Positions 10,589 to 21,471 are shown, counted from the first letter of the stretch. The stretch: 58,276 bases of DNA from Bacteroidales bacterium (GCA_022360575.1 JAKSCO010000207.1:1-58276); one strand, 5' to 3'. The notes: a model not told the origin generated them from the letters alone. Program-made: numbers and translations.

Positions 10589-11323
10589 ATGAAATTAAAA
10601 ATTTTAAGCAAATGCGATGCAGATGAAGCTAAAAACATCGCAAAAAACAGTATTTTCGAATTAGAACAAGGAAATTTTACTGAAGACACTTACCTTGCTG
10701 GTATTAAATTAAATTTAACTACCGAAACGAACTCTCTGTCCGATTCTATTGGTGTAGAGCGGAAACATGAGTACACTACTGAACTTGCCCAAAAAGATGA
10801 AATTTTCGATAAAAGAGTAATCTGTTTTAAAACTTTTGTTAGTGCAAATACATATTCGTCAGATGTACAGATTGCAGCAAATGCAGAAAAGATATGGAAT
10901 AAAATAGAATCTTTTGATCCTCTTTTTTATAAATTGGGCTACGAAAAAGAGCTAGCCAGAGCTTTTTCGATGATTGAAGAGTTAGAACAGCCGGATGTTA
11001 AAACGATATTAGATTCGTTAGTCGGGGCAACAAATCCATTAGCAGATGTTAAAAGTGCAGCTAAAGATCTTATCGATTTATATCGTAAAAATCAAAATGT
11101 TCTGGCACAAAAAGAAACTATTGTACCCTCGAGTACGCAGAAAAAAACAGTTATTCAGATTATTAACGAAAAACTGCTTCCATATTTAAGTGTTATGTCA
11201 GAAGTTAAGGGTGGCGACTATAAAAAAGTGCATACAAATATCACACAGTATATAGAAACAGTTAATACTAAGATTAGAACTAGGCTTAAGCGAGTTGAAA
11301 ATCAAGATAAAGATTTGAATTAA
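10589..11323 (+). CDS. DUF6261-like helical protein
   Basis: 244 aa, predicted all-alpha, no signal peptide. The C-terminal IINEKLLPYL..Y......I...N pattern is shared with the paralog at 57586. Confidence 0.7.
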   Translation: MKLKILSKCDADEAKNIAKNSIFELEQGNFTEDTYLAGIKLNLTTETNSLSDSIGVERKHEYTTELAQKDEIFDKRVICFKTFVSANTYSSDVQIAANAEKIWNKIESFDPLFYKLGYEKELARAFSMIEELEQPDVKTILDSLVGATNPLADVKSAAKDLIDLYRKNQNVLAQKETIVPSSTQKKTVIQIINEKLLPYLSVMSEVKGGDYKKVHTNITQYIETVNTKIRTRLKRVENQDKDLN

Positions 11324-11427
11324 TTACGAAAACTATTTATGAATTCCTATATGGTAAGGATGTCTGATTCATACGAATAATTTAAGTTATTATAGTGTTA
11401 ACCTTACCAAAAACTCTGAAAATTTCG

Positions 11428-11457
11428 AGGCAATTCTTCCGACAGAATTGCCTTTTT
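11428..11457 (+). terminator. Intrinsic terminator after the DUF6261-like gene
   Basis: Perfect 10-bp stem AGGCAATTCT/AGAATTGCCT with a 6-nt loop and a T-tract. Confidence 0.8.
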
Positions 11458-11571
11458 GTATTCAAAATATTTAGTATTACCATTATCTTATACTCGATAC
11501 TCATTACTAAAAATATATAATCATCTTTGTGAGGTTAAAATAAATTCGTGAAATAATTTGTAAAAAAGATC

Positions 11572-13248
11572 TTAATTGTTTGTTATTCTAGGTATAGAAT
11601 CAATTAGCCTTTGTGTATAATCAGACGAAGGGCTATTATAAATTATTTCGGCTTGATTAATCTCGATTAATTTTCCGTTTTGCATTACCATAATCCGATC
11701 CGACATGTATCTTACAACCGATAAATCGTGCGAAATAAAAATATAAGTTAAATTAAATTCGTCTTTCAAATCGTTTAATAAATTTAATATTTCGGCTTGT
11801 ATCGAAATATCGAGAGCCGAAACCGATTCGTCGCAGATAATAAAATCAGGTTTTAATATTAATGCTCTGGCAATAGCAATTCGTTGGCGTTGTCCTCCCG
11901 AAAATTCATGAGGATATTTGTAATAACTACTTTCGTTAAGCTTTACTTTATCGAAAATATCAAATACCAATTGTTTTCTTTCGCTTGCATTTTTACCAAT
12001 ATTATGAACAACTAAAGGCTCGGTAAGCAAGTTGCCAATCGTTTTCGATGGATTTAACGAGGAGTATGGATCCTGAAATATAATTTGGACTTTACGTCTA
12101 AATTTGCGTAGTTCTTTTTTCGATAAATCGCCTAAGCTATGTCCGTTGTAAAATACTTTCCCCGAGCTTAGTTCAATAAGTTTTGCTATTATTCGCCCTA
12201 ATGTTGTTTTTCCGCATCCCGATTCGCCAACCAAACCTAATGTTTCGCCTTTAAAAACCTTTAAGTTGATATTATCAACTGCTTTATTTGCTTTTTTCTC
12301 GACACCCCATATATTTCGTTCAGTAATATATTTTTTCGATAAAGATTTTATCTCTAATAAAACTTCATTGTTTTCGCGAACCTTTCTGACAACCGATTTT
12401 TTTTCGGTTTTATTCATATAATCAGATAAGGTTGACAAACGTTCTTGTTTTTTTGTTGTATCGGGTCGGCAAGACATTAATCCTTTGGTATATGCTTCGC
12501 TAGGGTTAAATAAAATCTCGTTTTTTGTCCCAGATTCGATAACCTTTCCTTTATACATTACCAACACATTATGTGCAATTTGCGAAACAACAGCCAAATC
12601 GTGCGAGATGAATAAAATACTAATTCCAAACTTCGATTGTATGTCTTTTAAAAGCTCAATAATGGCTTTTTGCACTGTAACATCAAGAGCCGTTGAGGGT
12701 TCGTCGGCAATTAAAATTTTAGGATTTGTCGAAATAGCCATTGCAATCATGACCCTTTGTTTCTGACCTCCGGATATCTCGTGTGGATAACTCGAAAAAA
12801 TCCTTTCGGGATCGGGTAATTTTACTTCGTCGAATAAATCAATAACTTTTCGATGAGCCTCGCGTCGAGATATTTTTGTGTGTTGCATTATAGCTTCTTC
12901 AACCTGTATCCCACATTTAACCGAGGGGTTTAAAGATGTCATTGGCTCTTGAAAAATCATCGAAATATGTTTCCCTCTGATTTTCTGAAGTTCTTTTTCG
13001 TTTAAATCAATCAAATTTATTTTCTGATCTCCATCCGAAAATAAAATCTCGCCCGAGTCGATAATTGCATTTTTAGGTAATAAGCCTAAAATCGACATAG
13101 CAGTAATTGACTTACCTGAGCCCGACTCGCCAACTATTCCTATTGTTTTATCTTTCTCGATCGATAAATTAACATTTTCGAGAACAGATATTACTCCTTG
13201 ATTAGATTTAAATGATAACGATAAGTTTTTTATCTCCAGAATATTCAC
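11572..13248 (-). CDS. Dipeptide/oligopeptide-type ABC transporter ATP-binding protein (two fused NBDs)
   Basis: Two Walker A motifs (GESGSGKS, GESGCGKT), signatures ISGGQKQR and FSGGQRQR, and ISHDL H-loops. GTG start. Confidence 0.92.
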   Translation of the reverse strand: MNILEIKNLSLSFKSNQGVISVLENVNLSIEKDKTIGIVGESGSGKSITAMSILGLLPKNAIIDSGEILFSDGDQKINLIDLNEKELQKIRGKHISMIFQEPMTSLNPSVKCGIQVEEAIMQHTKISRREAHRKVIDLFDEVKLPDPERIFSSYPHEISGGQKQRVMIAMAISTNPKILIADEPSTALDVTVQKAIIELLKDIQSKFGISILFISHDLAVVSQIAHNVLVMYKGKVIESGTKNEILFNPSEAYTKGLMSCRPDTTKKQERLSTLSDYMNKTEKKSVVRKVRENNEVLLEIKSLSKKYITERNIWGVEKKANKAVDNINLKVFKGETLGLVGESGCGKTTLGRIIAKLIELSSGKVFYNGHSLGDLSKKELRKFRRKVQIIFQDPYSSLNPSKTIGNLLTEPLVVHNIGKNASERKQLVFDIFDKVKLNESSYYKYPHEFSGGQRQRIAIARALILKPDFIICDESVSALDISIQAEILNLLNDLKDEFNLTYIFISHDLSVVRYMSDRIMVMQNGKLIEINQAEIIYNSPSSDYTQRLIDSIPRITNN

Positions 13249-13253
13249 AATAA

Positions 13254-14621
13254 CTAATCCTTTTTAAATAAAGTTCTGAATAAATTATCTACACGAGTAA
13301 CTTTTATTATTTCAATTTTATATTTCGATTCGTCTAATCCCTTAGTATTGAATTTCGAGATGAATATTTTCTTAAACCCTAATTTGTCAGCTTCGCTAAT
13401 TCGTTGTTCGATACGATTAACAGGACGAATTTCGCCTGTTAAACCTACCTCGCCGGCAAAACAGGTTTTTTTATCAATAGATAAATCTAAATTCGACGAA
13501 AGAATAGAACATATAACAGCTAAATCGATTGCTGGGTCGTCAACCTTTATTCCTCCTGCTATATTCAAAAAAACATCCTTCTGGCTCAATCGAAAACCTG
13601 CACGTTTTTCTAATACAGCTAAAAGCATTCCCAGTCGTCGGTTGTCAAAACCTGTCGACGAACGTTGTGGTGTACCATAAGCTGCCGAGCTAACCAAAGC
13701 CTGAATCTCGACCAAAAGTGGACGGGCTCCATTTAATGTAGATGCAATAGATGTGCCGCTTAAATTCTCGTCCGATTCGGACAATAATATTTCTGAGGGA
13801 TTTAATACTTCTCGTAATCCCATGTTATTCATCTCAAATATTCCTAATTCTGAAGTTGATCCAAATCGGTTTTTTGTTGTTCGCAAAATCCGATAAACAT
13901 GGTTATGATCTCCTTCAAATTGCAATACAGTATCGACAATATGTTCTAATACTTTAGGCCCGGCCAGATTTCCTTCTTTATTAATATGTCCGATTAAAAA
14001 TACAGGAGTATTGGTTTCTTTTGCATACTTAAGTAAAGCTGCTGCAGTTTCTCTAATTTGCGAAACTGTTCCTGCCGAAGATTCTAATTTCTCAGAATAT
14101 AATGTCTGAATAGAATCAATAATTAAAATATCAGGTTTGATATTTATTGTTTGTGTTAAAATATTTTCGAGTAGAGTTTCGCTCAGAATATAACAATTGT
14201 CATTCTTAAGATTTAAACGCTCGGCACGCATTTTTATTTGTTGAGGACTCTCCTCTCCCGAAATGTATAATATTTTTAGATGGTTTAATTTTAAAGCTAC
14301 CTGTAACGATAAAGTCGACTTTCCTATCCCTGGTTCGCCTCCAATTAATACCATCGATCCGGCAACTACTCCCCCACCTAAAATTCGATCTAGCTCATTT
14401 ACTTTTGTTGATATTCGTCCTTCGGCTTTTTTTTCGATATCAGATACCTTTATGGCGGTTGATTTTTCATGCTCGTAAAAAGCTACATTTTGTTTCGGCG
14501 ATTTTGATACTATTTGTTCGATATAAGTATTCCATTCGCCACAAGCCGGGCAACGTCCTATCCATTTCGCTGATTCAGCACCACAGTTCTGACAAAAATA
14601 AACAGTCTTCGATTTAGCCAT
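13254..14621 (-). CDS. radA: DNA repair protein RadA/Sms
   Basis: N-terminal C4 zinc finger (CQNC..CPAC), Walker A GEPGIGKS, KNRFG motif and Lon-like C-terminus. Confidence 0.97.
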   Translation of the reverse strand: MAKSKTVYFCQNCGAESAKWIGRCPACGEWNTYIEQIVSKSPKQNVAFYEHEKSTAIKVSDIEKKAEGRISTKVNELDRILGGGVVAGSMVLIGGEPGIGKSTLSLQVALKLNHLKILYISGEESPQQIKMRAERLNLKNDNCYILSETLLENILTQTINIKPDILIIDSIQTLYSEKLESSAGTVSQIRETAAALLKYAKETNTPVFLIGHINKEGNLAGPKVLEHIVDTVLQFEGDHNHVYRILRTTKNRFGSTSELGIFEMNNMGLREVLNPSEILLSESDENLSGTSIASTLNGARPLLVEIQALVSSAAYGTPQRSSTGFDNRRLGMLLAVLEKRAGFRLSQKDVFLNIAGGIKVDDPAIDLAVICSILSSNLDLSIDKKTCFAGEVGLTGEIRPVNRIEQRISEADKLGFKKIFISKFNTKGLDESKYKIEIIKVTRVDNLFRTLFKKD

Positions 14622-14623
14622 TT

Positions 14624-15112
14624 CTATTTTTTAAGTTTCTCGATGATTGAACTCGTTGAGTATCCCTCAACAAAATCCATGGTTATAATTTCGCCTCCTT
14701 TAGCTTTTACAATATCATAACCTACAATATCTTCAATATTATAATCGCTTCCTTTTATTAAAACATCGGGTTGTACCTTTTTTATTAGTTCGTATGGAGT
14801 GTCTTCGTCGAATAAAATTACAGCCGAAACAAATTGTAACGAAGCCATTATTGTTGCTCTGGCTTGTTCGTCCTGAACCGGACGAGTCTCTCCTTTTAAT
14901 CTTCGAACAGAATTATCGGTATTTAATCCAACTATTAACTCGTGACCATAGTTGGCAGCTTGTGCCAAATACTCAACATGTCCCCTATGTATGATGTCGA
15001 AACATCCATTAGTAAAAACAAGCTTCCGATTTTTTAGTTTCCAATAAGTTAATAAAGATTCGATGTTATTTATATCAATAATTTTAGATTGAATGATATT
15101 CAATTTATCCAT
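14624..15112 (-). CDS. rfaE2: D-glycero-beta-D-manno-heptose 1-phosphate adenylyltransferase (RfaE domain II)
   Basis: VFTNGCFDIIHRGH, GLNTDNSVRRLKG, PDVLIKGSDY and STSSII. Confidence 0.9.
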   Translation of the reverse strand: MDKLNIIQSKIIDINNIESLLTYWKLKNRKLVFTNGCFDIIHRGHVEYLAQAANYGHELIVGLNTDNSVRRLKGETRPVQDEQARATIMASLQFVSAVILFDEDTPYELIKKVQPDVLIKGSDYNIEDIVGYDIVKAKGGEIITMDFVEGYSTSSIIEKLKK

Positions 15113-15139
15113 AAAATAAATATTTAATTTTGAGTAAAG

Positions 15140-16156
15140 TTAAATATTATTTTTCCTTCTTCGACGAGAGTTGATAAATAACATTAGAACCGAAAATGTT
15201 CCTAGTAGTATAACAAGTAAAGCTTGAGATTCGTGTTGTATAGTTGCAAATGTAAGACCTTCGAGTTTCGAAATTTCATACAACGAAAGAGCTGATGAAA
15301 CAATCCAATGAAAAGCACCAATACCTCCTTGCACAGGAGCTGTCATGCCTAAACCTCCGATAACTAATAAAAATAAACCATCGATAGGACTTAGATTAGA
15401 TGTTGCAGGAATAGCAAAAACCACTATATATGTCATTAAGAAATAACAAACCCATATAACAAGTGTATGAAACAGAAAAGCCGAACGACTTTTCATACGT
15501 GTTACTGTTTTTATTCCAGAGCTTACTCCCCGAAGAATTCGTCTAAATTTTAGTACCAATTTTACTCGTTTAAATTTCTTGCGAAAAAAATATAGACTTC
15601 CTATTAATCCTACAAATAGGGCTACAATTAATATCCAATAAAATGGCGAGAAATCAATTACAGAAATTATTTTCTGATATAAAGGAATAAATACAGTTTC
15701 TTTAATGAAGTTACCAAACACTTCGATTTTGGCCACAAAGACAACAAAAAGTAAGGTTAATAATACAATCAAATCAATAGCTCGTTCTATAATCACAGTT
15801 CCGATTAAAGAATCCATAGGTATTTTATCCGATTTAGCTAATGATCCGCATCTTGTAATTTCGCCTATTCGAGGAAAAGCAAAATTAGCAAAGTAACCAA
15901 ACATTAAAGCGTAGAATACATTCCTAACTTTAGGGGTGTAGTTTAAAGGTTCGATTAATAATTTCCATCGTATAGCTCTGCTTATATAGCTAATAACTGC
16001 AAAGATTAATGATAAAAATACCCAGAAATAATTGGCATTCTTAAGTCCCTCCAATAAATGATTAAAATCAATCTCTCTAAATGCAAAATACAGTAGCAAT
16101 ATTCCTAAAGCTAAAAAAACAAAAAAGTTGATTGATTTTAATATCTTACTGTTCAA
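15140..16156 (-). CDS. Lysylphosphatidylglycerol synthase TM-domain (UPF0104 flippase-like) membrane protein
   Basis: Multiple TM helices with RAIRW, N..FP.RIGE..R, ER..D and PVQGGIG motifs. Confidence 0.85.
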   Translation of the reverse strand: MNSKILKSINFFVFLALGILLLYFAFREIDFNHLLEGLKNANYFWVFLSLIFAVISYISRAIRWKLLIEPLNYTPKVRNVFYALMFGYFANFAFPRIGEITRCGSLAKSDKIPMDSLIGTVIIERAIDLIVLLTLLFVVFVAKIEVFGNFIKETVFIPLYQKIISVIDFSPFYWILIVALFVGLIGSLYFFRKKFKRVKLVLKFRRILRGVSSGIKTVTRMKSRSAFLFHTLVIWVCYFLMTYIVVFAIPATSNLSPIDGLFLLVIGGLGMTAPVQGGIGAFHWIVSSALSLYEISKLEGLTFATIQHESQALLVILLGTFSVLMLFINSRRRRKNNI

Positions 16157-16159
16157 TAG

Positions 16160-16510
16160 TTATATTAATTTATTGGTTGCAGTATCAGGAAATACCAATG
16201 TAGGATTAAAACTCTTAGCTTCCTCAAAATCCAAAGAAGCATATGAAATAATAATTACTACATCGCCAACAGCAACTTTTCGTGCTGCAGGTCCATTTAA
16301 ACAAATTTTTCCAGATCCCCTCTCTCCTTTTATTACATAGGTTTCAAGGCGTTCGCCGTTGTTTATATTAACAACCTGAACTTTTTCATTTTCGATAATA
16401 TTAGATGCTTCTAATAAATCTTCATCAATTGTAATACTCCCTACGTATTGCAAATTAGCTTCGGTAACTGTAGCTTTATGTATTTTCGATTTAACTACTT
16501 CGATATTCAT
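16160..16510 (-). CDS. panD: Aspartate 1-decarboxylase
   Basis: [17 protein letters not shown] autocleavage site, NGERLETY and NGPAAR. Confidence 0.97.
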   Translation of the reverse strand: MNIEVVKSKIHKATVTEANLQYVGSITIDEDLLEASNIIENEKVQVVNINNGERLETYVIKGERGSGKICLNGPAARKVAVGDVVIIISYASLDFEEAKSFNPTLVFPDTATNKLI

Positions 16511-16536
16511 GACTAACTAAAAGATTTTGGACAAAG

Positions 16537-17382
16537 TTAAAAATAAAATCTAATATTATCTATTAAACGAATCGACCCAACATGAACAGCAATACATCCT
16601 ATTGAATGCTCTCTTTCTGTCCAGTCTTCAATTGATTCAAGTGTTGAATCGTTTACTATATCAAAATATTCAACATCTAAAAAATGATTACTATTAATTT
16701 CAGAAATAACCCACTCCTTTAATTCTGAAACAGTCATAGATTTTGATTGTTCAACAGAGGCCAATAAAGTTTTAGATATTAGAGCTACATTTTCTCTTTG
16801 TTCTGCCGAAAGTAGCATGTTTCTGGAGCTCATTGCTAAGCCATCACTTTCTCTAATAATAGGACAGGCAATTATTTCTATTTCATAGTTCTGAATTTTA
16901 CATAATCTATTAATTATAGCTACTTGCTGAAAGTCTTTTTCGCCAAAGTAAGCCTTGTGTGGTTTTACCAGCTCAAATAACTTGCTTACAATTAAAGCAA
17001 CTCCATAAAAATGTCCTGGGCGATGTTTGCCCTCCATAACTTTATCTAAATTTCCAAGATCAAAAACCTTTGTATCTTCCTTAGGATACATTTCTTCCTC
17101 AGTAGGGATAAACAAAATATCACATTTCACATTTTTTAATGTGTCGATATCTTTATCTATTATTCGAGGATATTTGTTGTAATCATTCTTATTATTGAAT
17201 TGAGTAGGATTGACAAAGATGCTAATCACAGTTATGTCATTTTCAATATTAGATTTCTTTATTAGAGACAAATGCCCTTCATGTAAAGCCCCCATAGTTG
17301 GAACAAATCCAACAGTTTGTTTATTTGCCTTAAATGCAAATATTAAATCAGATAATTCTTTCTTATTATTAATAACTTTCAT
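16537..17382 (-). CDS. panC: Pantoate--beta-alanine ligase
   Basis: VPTMGALHEGH, SIFVNPTQF, RPGHF, FGEKDFQQ, GLAMSSRN and RLIDN. Confidence 0.97.
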   Translation of the reverse strand: MKVINNKKELSDLIFAFKANKQTVGFVPTMGALHEGHLSLIKKSNIENDITVISIFVNPTQFNNKNDYNKYPRIIDKDIDTLKNVKCDILFIPTEEEMYPKEDTKVFDLGNLDKVMEGKHRPGHFYGVALIVSKLFELVKPHKAYFGEKDFQQVAIINRLCKIQNYEIEIIACPIIRESDGLAMSSRNMLLSAEQRENVALISKTLLASVEQSKSMTVSELKEWVISEINSNHFLDVEYFDIVNDSTLESIEDWTEREHSIGCIAVHVGSIRLIDNIRFYF

Positions 17383-17541
17383 TAATAGAGTATCTTAAAA
17401 TATAGTGGCGCAAAGTAAAAAATAATATTTTAAATAATTACAATCCGAATTTATTTTATCTACATCGCTGTTCATAAATTGTTGATGATTAATATAATTT
17501 TTACTATTTTTGCGGTGGTTTAAATTAATTTGAATTTCCAA

Positions 17542-18345
17542 ATGGATAACATCAAGGTTTTATTTATTTCGCAAGAAATAACACCGTATTTGCCAGAGAG
17601 CAAAATGTCTTTAATCGGTAGACACTTACCACAAGGCATTCAAGAGAGGGGAAAAGAAATACGTACATTCATGCCACGATTTGGGTGTATCAATGAGCGA
17701 CGTAATCAATTACACGAAGTCATTCGTTTGTCTGGAATGAATATGATTATTAATGATACAGACCATCCCTTAATAATAAAAGTGGCATCGATACAAGCTG
17801 CTCGAATGCAGGTGTATTTTATTGACAACGAAGATTATTTTCATAGAAAACAAACAGTTTGTGATGAAAATGGAAATTATTTCGAGGATAATGATGAAAG
17901 AACAATCTTTTTTGCAAGAGGGGTTTTAGAAACTGTTAAAAAATTACGATGGGCTCCAGATATAATTCATTGTCATGGATGGTTTACTGGATTGGTTCCT
18001 TTGTTTATAAAGAAAGCCTATAATGAAGAACCTTTATTTGCAAACTCAAAAGTTGTTTATTCTGTTTATGATGATGGGTTTGAGCAGCCTTTTAAGAAAG
18101 AATTTAAAGATAAGATAATCTACGAAAATATAACACAAGATGATTTAAGTGTCTTAAAAGATCCTTCATTTGTTAGCTTAAGTAAGTTAGCAATCGATAT
18201 GTCTGATGCGTCAATTGTTGGAAGTGAAACAATAAATAGTGATTTATTGAGCTATATTAAAAATTCTAACAAACCATACCTAGATTTTTATAATGAGGAT
18301 ACTTATTTGGATGCTTACTCCGAATTTTATGATAAATTACTTTAA
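17542..18345 (+). CDS. Glycogen/starch synthase N-terminal (GT5)-like protein
   Basis: EITPY, FMPRFG, DNDER..FF and PDIIHCHGW. Only the N-terminal half of a GT-B fold is present. ATG 17542 is preferred over TTG 17530, and a TATTTTTG -7 box lies at 17505. Confidence 0.8.
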   Translation: MDNIKVLFISQEITPYLPESKMSLIGRHLPQGIQERGKEIRTFMPRFGCINERRNQLHEVIRLSGMNMIINDTDHPLIIKVASIQAARMQVYFIDNEDYFHRKQTVCDENGNYFEDNDERTIFFARGVLETVKKLRWAPDIIHCHGWFTGLVPLFIKKAYNEEPLFANSKVVYSVYDDGFEQPFKKEFKDKIIYENITQDDLSVLKDPSFVSLSKLAIDMSDASIVGSETINSDLLSYIKNSNKPYLDFYNEDTYLDAYSEFYDKLL

Positions 18346-19622
18346 TGCTTATGAATAAAAAAAACGCTAGTCCTAAAAATAGAAGTTTATTATTGGGGTT
18401 CATTTCTTTTATATTATTAACTATTAGTTTTTCATGTGAAGAAGATTCTAATTCTTTAGGTTCAGATTTATTACCTGATGGAGATAAGATAGAAATCCTT
18501 TATGATACTACTTTTACCTTTAAGTGTAATGTATTTAAACAAGATTCTATTATAACCTCAGGTGGAAAAATATACAATATAGGAGCTCTAGATGATCCTT
18601 TTTTTGGAAAATACAAAGAGTCTCTTGCTGCAGAAATTGTATATGATCAAAAGGTAAGGAATGAGGGTATTCATGTAGATTCTTTAATACTATATGTACA
18701 AACAGATTCTATTGCTTATGGAAACTCGTCTTCGACAATTTCATTCGATGTTTTTGAATTATCATCTAAGATTGATAGTGGTGGTCATTATTCGAATGAA
18801 AATATTGAAGATTTATATTCGCAAGTAAATAAAATAAATACAGCAACAGAAATTAGGGGTGATTCTATAATTGCATTTAAATTGTCTAATTCGTTTGCTG
18901 ATAAATTAAAAGCAGATACTAATTATTATAATACTGTAGCAGATTTTAAAACTCAGTTTAAAGGAATTGCAATTGTTCCTACAGAAATAACTGATAAAGG
19001 AAATGTATTTAAGATAAATCTATCTTCGAATAATACCAAAATGAAATTGTTTTACCGAGATTCAGCTTCGGATACAACAAAAAAAACAATAACATATAGT
19101 CTTAATAAAGGATTACGTTTTACAGAACAGAATTATGATTATCAATCATATCCAGCTAATGATTATTTAACAAATCCTGAAAGTGAAAATGATAATTTTC
19201 TCTTAATTCAAGGTAAAAGTGGACTTTTATCTCATATAACTTTCACAGATTTAGATTCGTGGTTAAACGAAAATGTAGAATATTCTGTTATAAAAGCCGA
19301 ATTAATAACCTCGGTATTTAAAGATGATAACTTTAGCCCTTTTGCTCCACCAGATAGATTAGGTTTACATTATAAATCAGATGATGTTTATCCGCTTATA
19401 GATGATTATAGATATGCAGAATCAAGATTTGGTGGGCATTACAATGAAGACAAATTGTTATATAATTTTAATATTACAACTCATTTTTCTAATATTGTAA
19501 ATAAAAAACTGGAAAATAAACGTGTGATTTTTACTACAGTAGATCGTTTTACAACCCCTAGTAGAGTTATTTTAAAAGCGAATGACGAAATAAAAATAAA
19601 AGTTACCTATACAAAACATTAA
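18345..19622 (+). CDS. DUF4270-family lipoprotein
   Basis: Lipobox ISFS-C followed by EED; LGSDLLP and G..DDP.FG motifs. Sits between the GT5-like gene and glmS, as recalled from other Bacteroidota. Confidence 0.7.
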   Translation: MLMNKKNASPKNRSLLLGFISFILLTISFSCEEDSNSLGSDLLPDGDKIEILYDTTFTFKCNVFKQDSIITSGGKIYNIGALDDPFFGKYKESLAAEIVYDQKVRNEGIHVDSLILYVQTDSIAYGNSSSTISFDVFELSSKIDSGGHYSNENIEDLYSQVNKINTATEIRGDSIIAFKLSNSFADKLKADTNYYNTVADFKTQFKGIAIVPTEITDKGNVFKINLSSNNTKMKLFYRDSASDTTKKTITYSLNKGLRFTEQNYDYQSYPANDYLTNPESENDNFLLIQGKSGLLSHITFTDLDSWLNENVEYSVIKAELITSVFKDDNFSPFAPPDRLGLHYKSDDVYPLIDDYRYAESRFGGHYNEDKLLYNFNITTHFSNIVNKKLENKRVIFTTVDRFTTPSRVILKANDEIKIKVTYTKH

Positions 19623-19628
19623 GATTAT

Positions 19629-21464
19629 ATGTGTGGAATTGTTGGATATATTGGGAATAAACAAGCTTACCCTATTTTAATTAATGGATTAAAAAGATTA
19701 GAATATAGAGGATATGATTCAGCAGGAATATCTCTGCTAGATAACGATGTTAGGATTTATAAACGGAAAGGAAAAGTTTCTGATTTAGAAAATTTTGTTT
19801 CTGATAAAGATATTTCAGGAAAAATAGGAATAGGACATACTCGGTGGGCAACCCACGGAGAACCTAATGATATTAATTCTCATCCACATTCTTCTATGAA
19901 TGGTTCTTTTGTAATTATTCATAATGGAATTATAGAGAATTATAGTAGACTAAAGAGAAAGCTTCAGGATAGAGGTTATACCTTCAAAACAGATACAGAT
20001 ACAGAGGTTCTGGCGAATTTAATAGAATACATTTATATTAAAGGAAAAGTTAGTGCAGAGATAGCTGTTCGTTTAGCTTTATCTAAAGTAATAGGTGCTT
20101 ATGGTCTTGCTATAATCTGTAAAGATGAGCCAGACAAACTAATAGCAGCAAGAAAGGGAAGCCCTCTCGTAATTGGAGTTGGGGATGGTGAATATTATAT
20201 TGCTTCTGATGCTACTCCAATTGTAGAGTATACTAAAAGTGTTATATATTTAAATGATGACGATGTTGCTATTTTAGGACAAGATGGATTAACTTTAAAA
20301 ACAATAAAAAATGATCAACTAACTCCTAAAATTCAGCATATTGATCTAGATATAGGAGAAATTGAGAAGAATGGGTTTGATCATTTTATGTTAAAAGAAA
20401 TATTTGAACAACCACGTTCTATTTTAGATACTTTTAGAGGAAGAATTTCTGTAGATAAAAATGAAATTCATTTAGGAGGATTACATGAAGTTTTCCCAAA
20501 ATTAGTTACAGCAAAGCGCATAATAATTATTGGTTGTGGAACGTCTTGGCATGCAGGTCTTGTCGGTGAATATCTGTTTGAAGATTTAGCTAGAATTCCT
20601 GTAGAGGTAGAATATGCTTCTGAATTCAGATATAGGAATCCAATAATTAATGAAGATGATATTGTTATTGCTATTAGTCAAAGTGGTGAAACTGCCGATA
20701 CTTTAGCTGCAATACGTTTAGCAAAGAAAGCTAATGCTACTGTAATTGGAATTTGTAATGTAGTAGGGTCTAGTATTCCTCGAGAGACAGAAGCTGGAGT
20801 TTACACTCATGCAGGAACAGAGATTGGAGTGGCTTCAACAAAAGCATTTACAGCTCAAGTCACAGTATTAACAATGATGGCTATAATGCTTGGGTATCAT
20901 AAGAAACAAATTACAGCAGAAGATTATAAAAGTTTGATTAATGAACTTAATGATATTCCGGCTAAAATAGAAAAGATATTAACTTATAATTCGAAGTATT
21001 TAGAAGTTAGTAAGCTATATAAGGATGCAACTAATTTTATTTATTTAGGTAGAGGATATCTTTTCCCTGTAGCTTTAGAGGGAGCGCTTAAATTAAAAGA
21101 AATATCATATATCCATGCTGAAGGTTATCCTGCAGCTGAAATGAAACATGGTCCTATTGCTTTGATAGATGAAAAAATGCCTGTTGTTGTTCTTGCAACA
21201 AAAGATAAGTCTTATGAAAAAGTTGTGTCAAATATACAAGAGGTAAAAGCAAGGAAAGGGATTGTTATTGCAATAGTTAATGAAGGGGATGAAACCATTA
21301 GTAAAATAGCGGATCATGTATTAGAAATACCAAAGTCTTCTGAAGAGTTAGCGGCTTTATTAACTGTTGTTCCTTTGCAATTATTATCGTATCATATTGC
21401 TGTCTTAAGAGAATGTAATGTTGATCAACCAAGGAATTTAGCAAAATCAGTAACTGTAGAATAA
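19629..21464 (+). CDS. glmS: Glutamine--fructose-6-phosphate transaminase (isomerizing)
   Basis: MCGIVG N-terminus, RGYDSAG, GHTRWATHG, SQSGETADT and C-terminal PRNLAKSVTVE. Confidence 0.99.
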   Translation: MCGIVGYIGNKQAYPILINGLKRLEYRGYDSAGISLLDNDVRIYKRKGKVSDLENFVSDKDISGKIGIGHTRWATHGEPNDINSHPHSSMNGSFVIIHNGIIENYSRLKRKLQDRGYTFKTDTDTEVLANLIEYIYIKGKVSAEIAVRLALSKVIGAYGLAIICKDEPDKLIAARKGSPLVIGVGDGEYYIASDATPIVEYTKSVIYLNDDDVAILGQDGLTLKTIKNDQLTPKIQHIDLDIGEIEKNGFDHFMLKEIFEQPRSILDTFRGRISVDKNEIHLGGLHEVFPKLVTAKRIIIIGCGTSWHAGLVGEYLFEDLARIPVEVEYASEFRYRNPIINEDDIVIAISQSGETADTLAAIRLAKKANATVIGICNVVGSSIPRETEAGVYTHAGTEIGVASTKAFTAQVTVLTMMAIMLGYHKKQITAEDYKSLINELNDIPAKIEKILTYNSKYLEVSKLYKDATNFIYLGRGYLFPVALEGALKLKEISYIHAEGYPAAEMKHGPIALIDEKMPVVVLATKDKSYEKVVSNIQEVKARKGIVIAIVNEGDETISKIADHVLEIPKSSEELAALLTVVPLQLLSYHIAVLRECNVDQPRNLAKSVTVE

Positions 21465-21471
21465 AATAATA

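Noticed and set aside
19623-19628. glmS ribozyme
   Set aside because: Only 6 bp separate glmS from the upstream gene.
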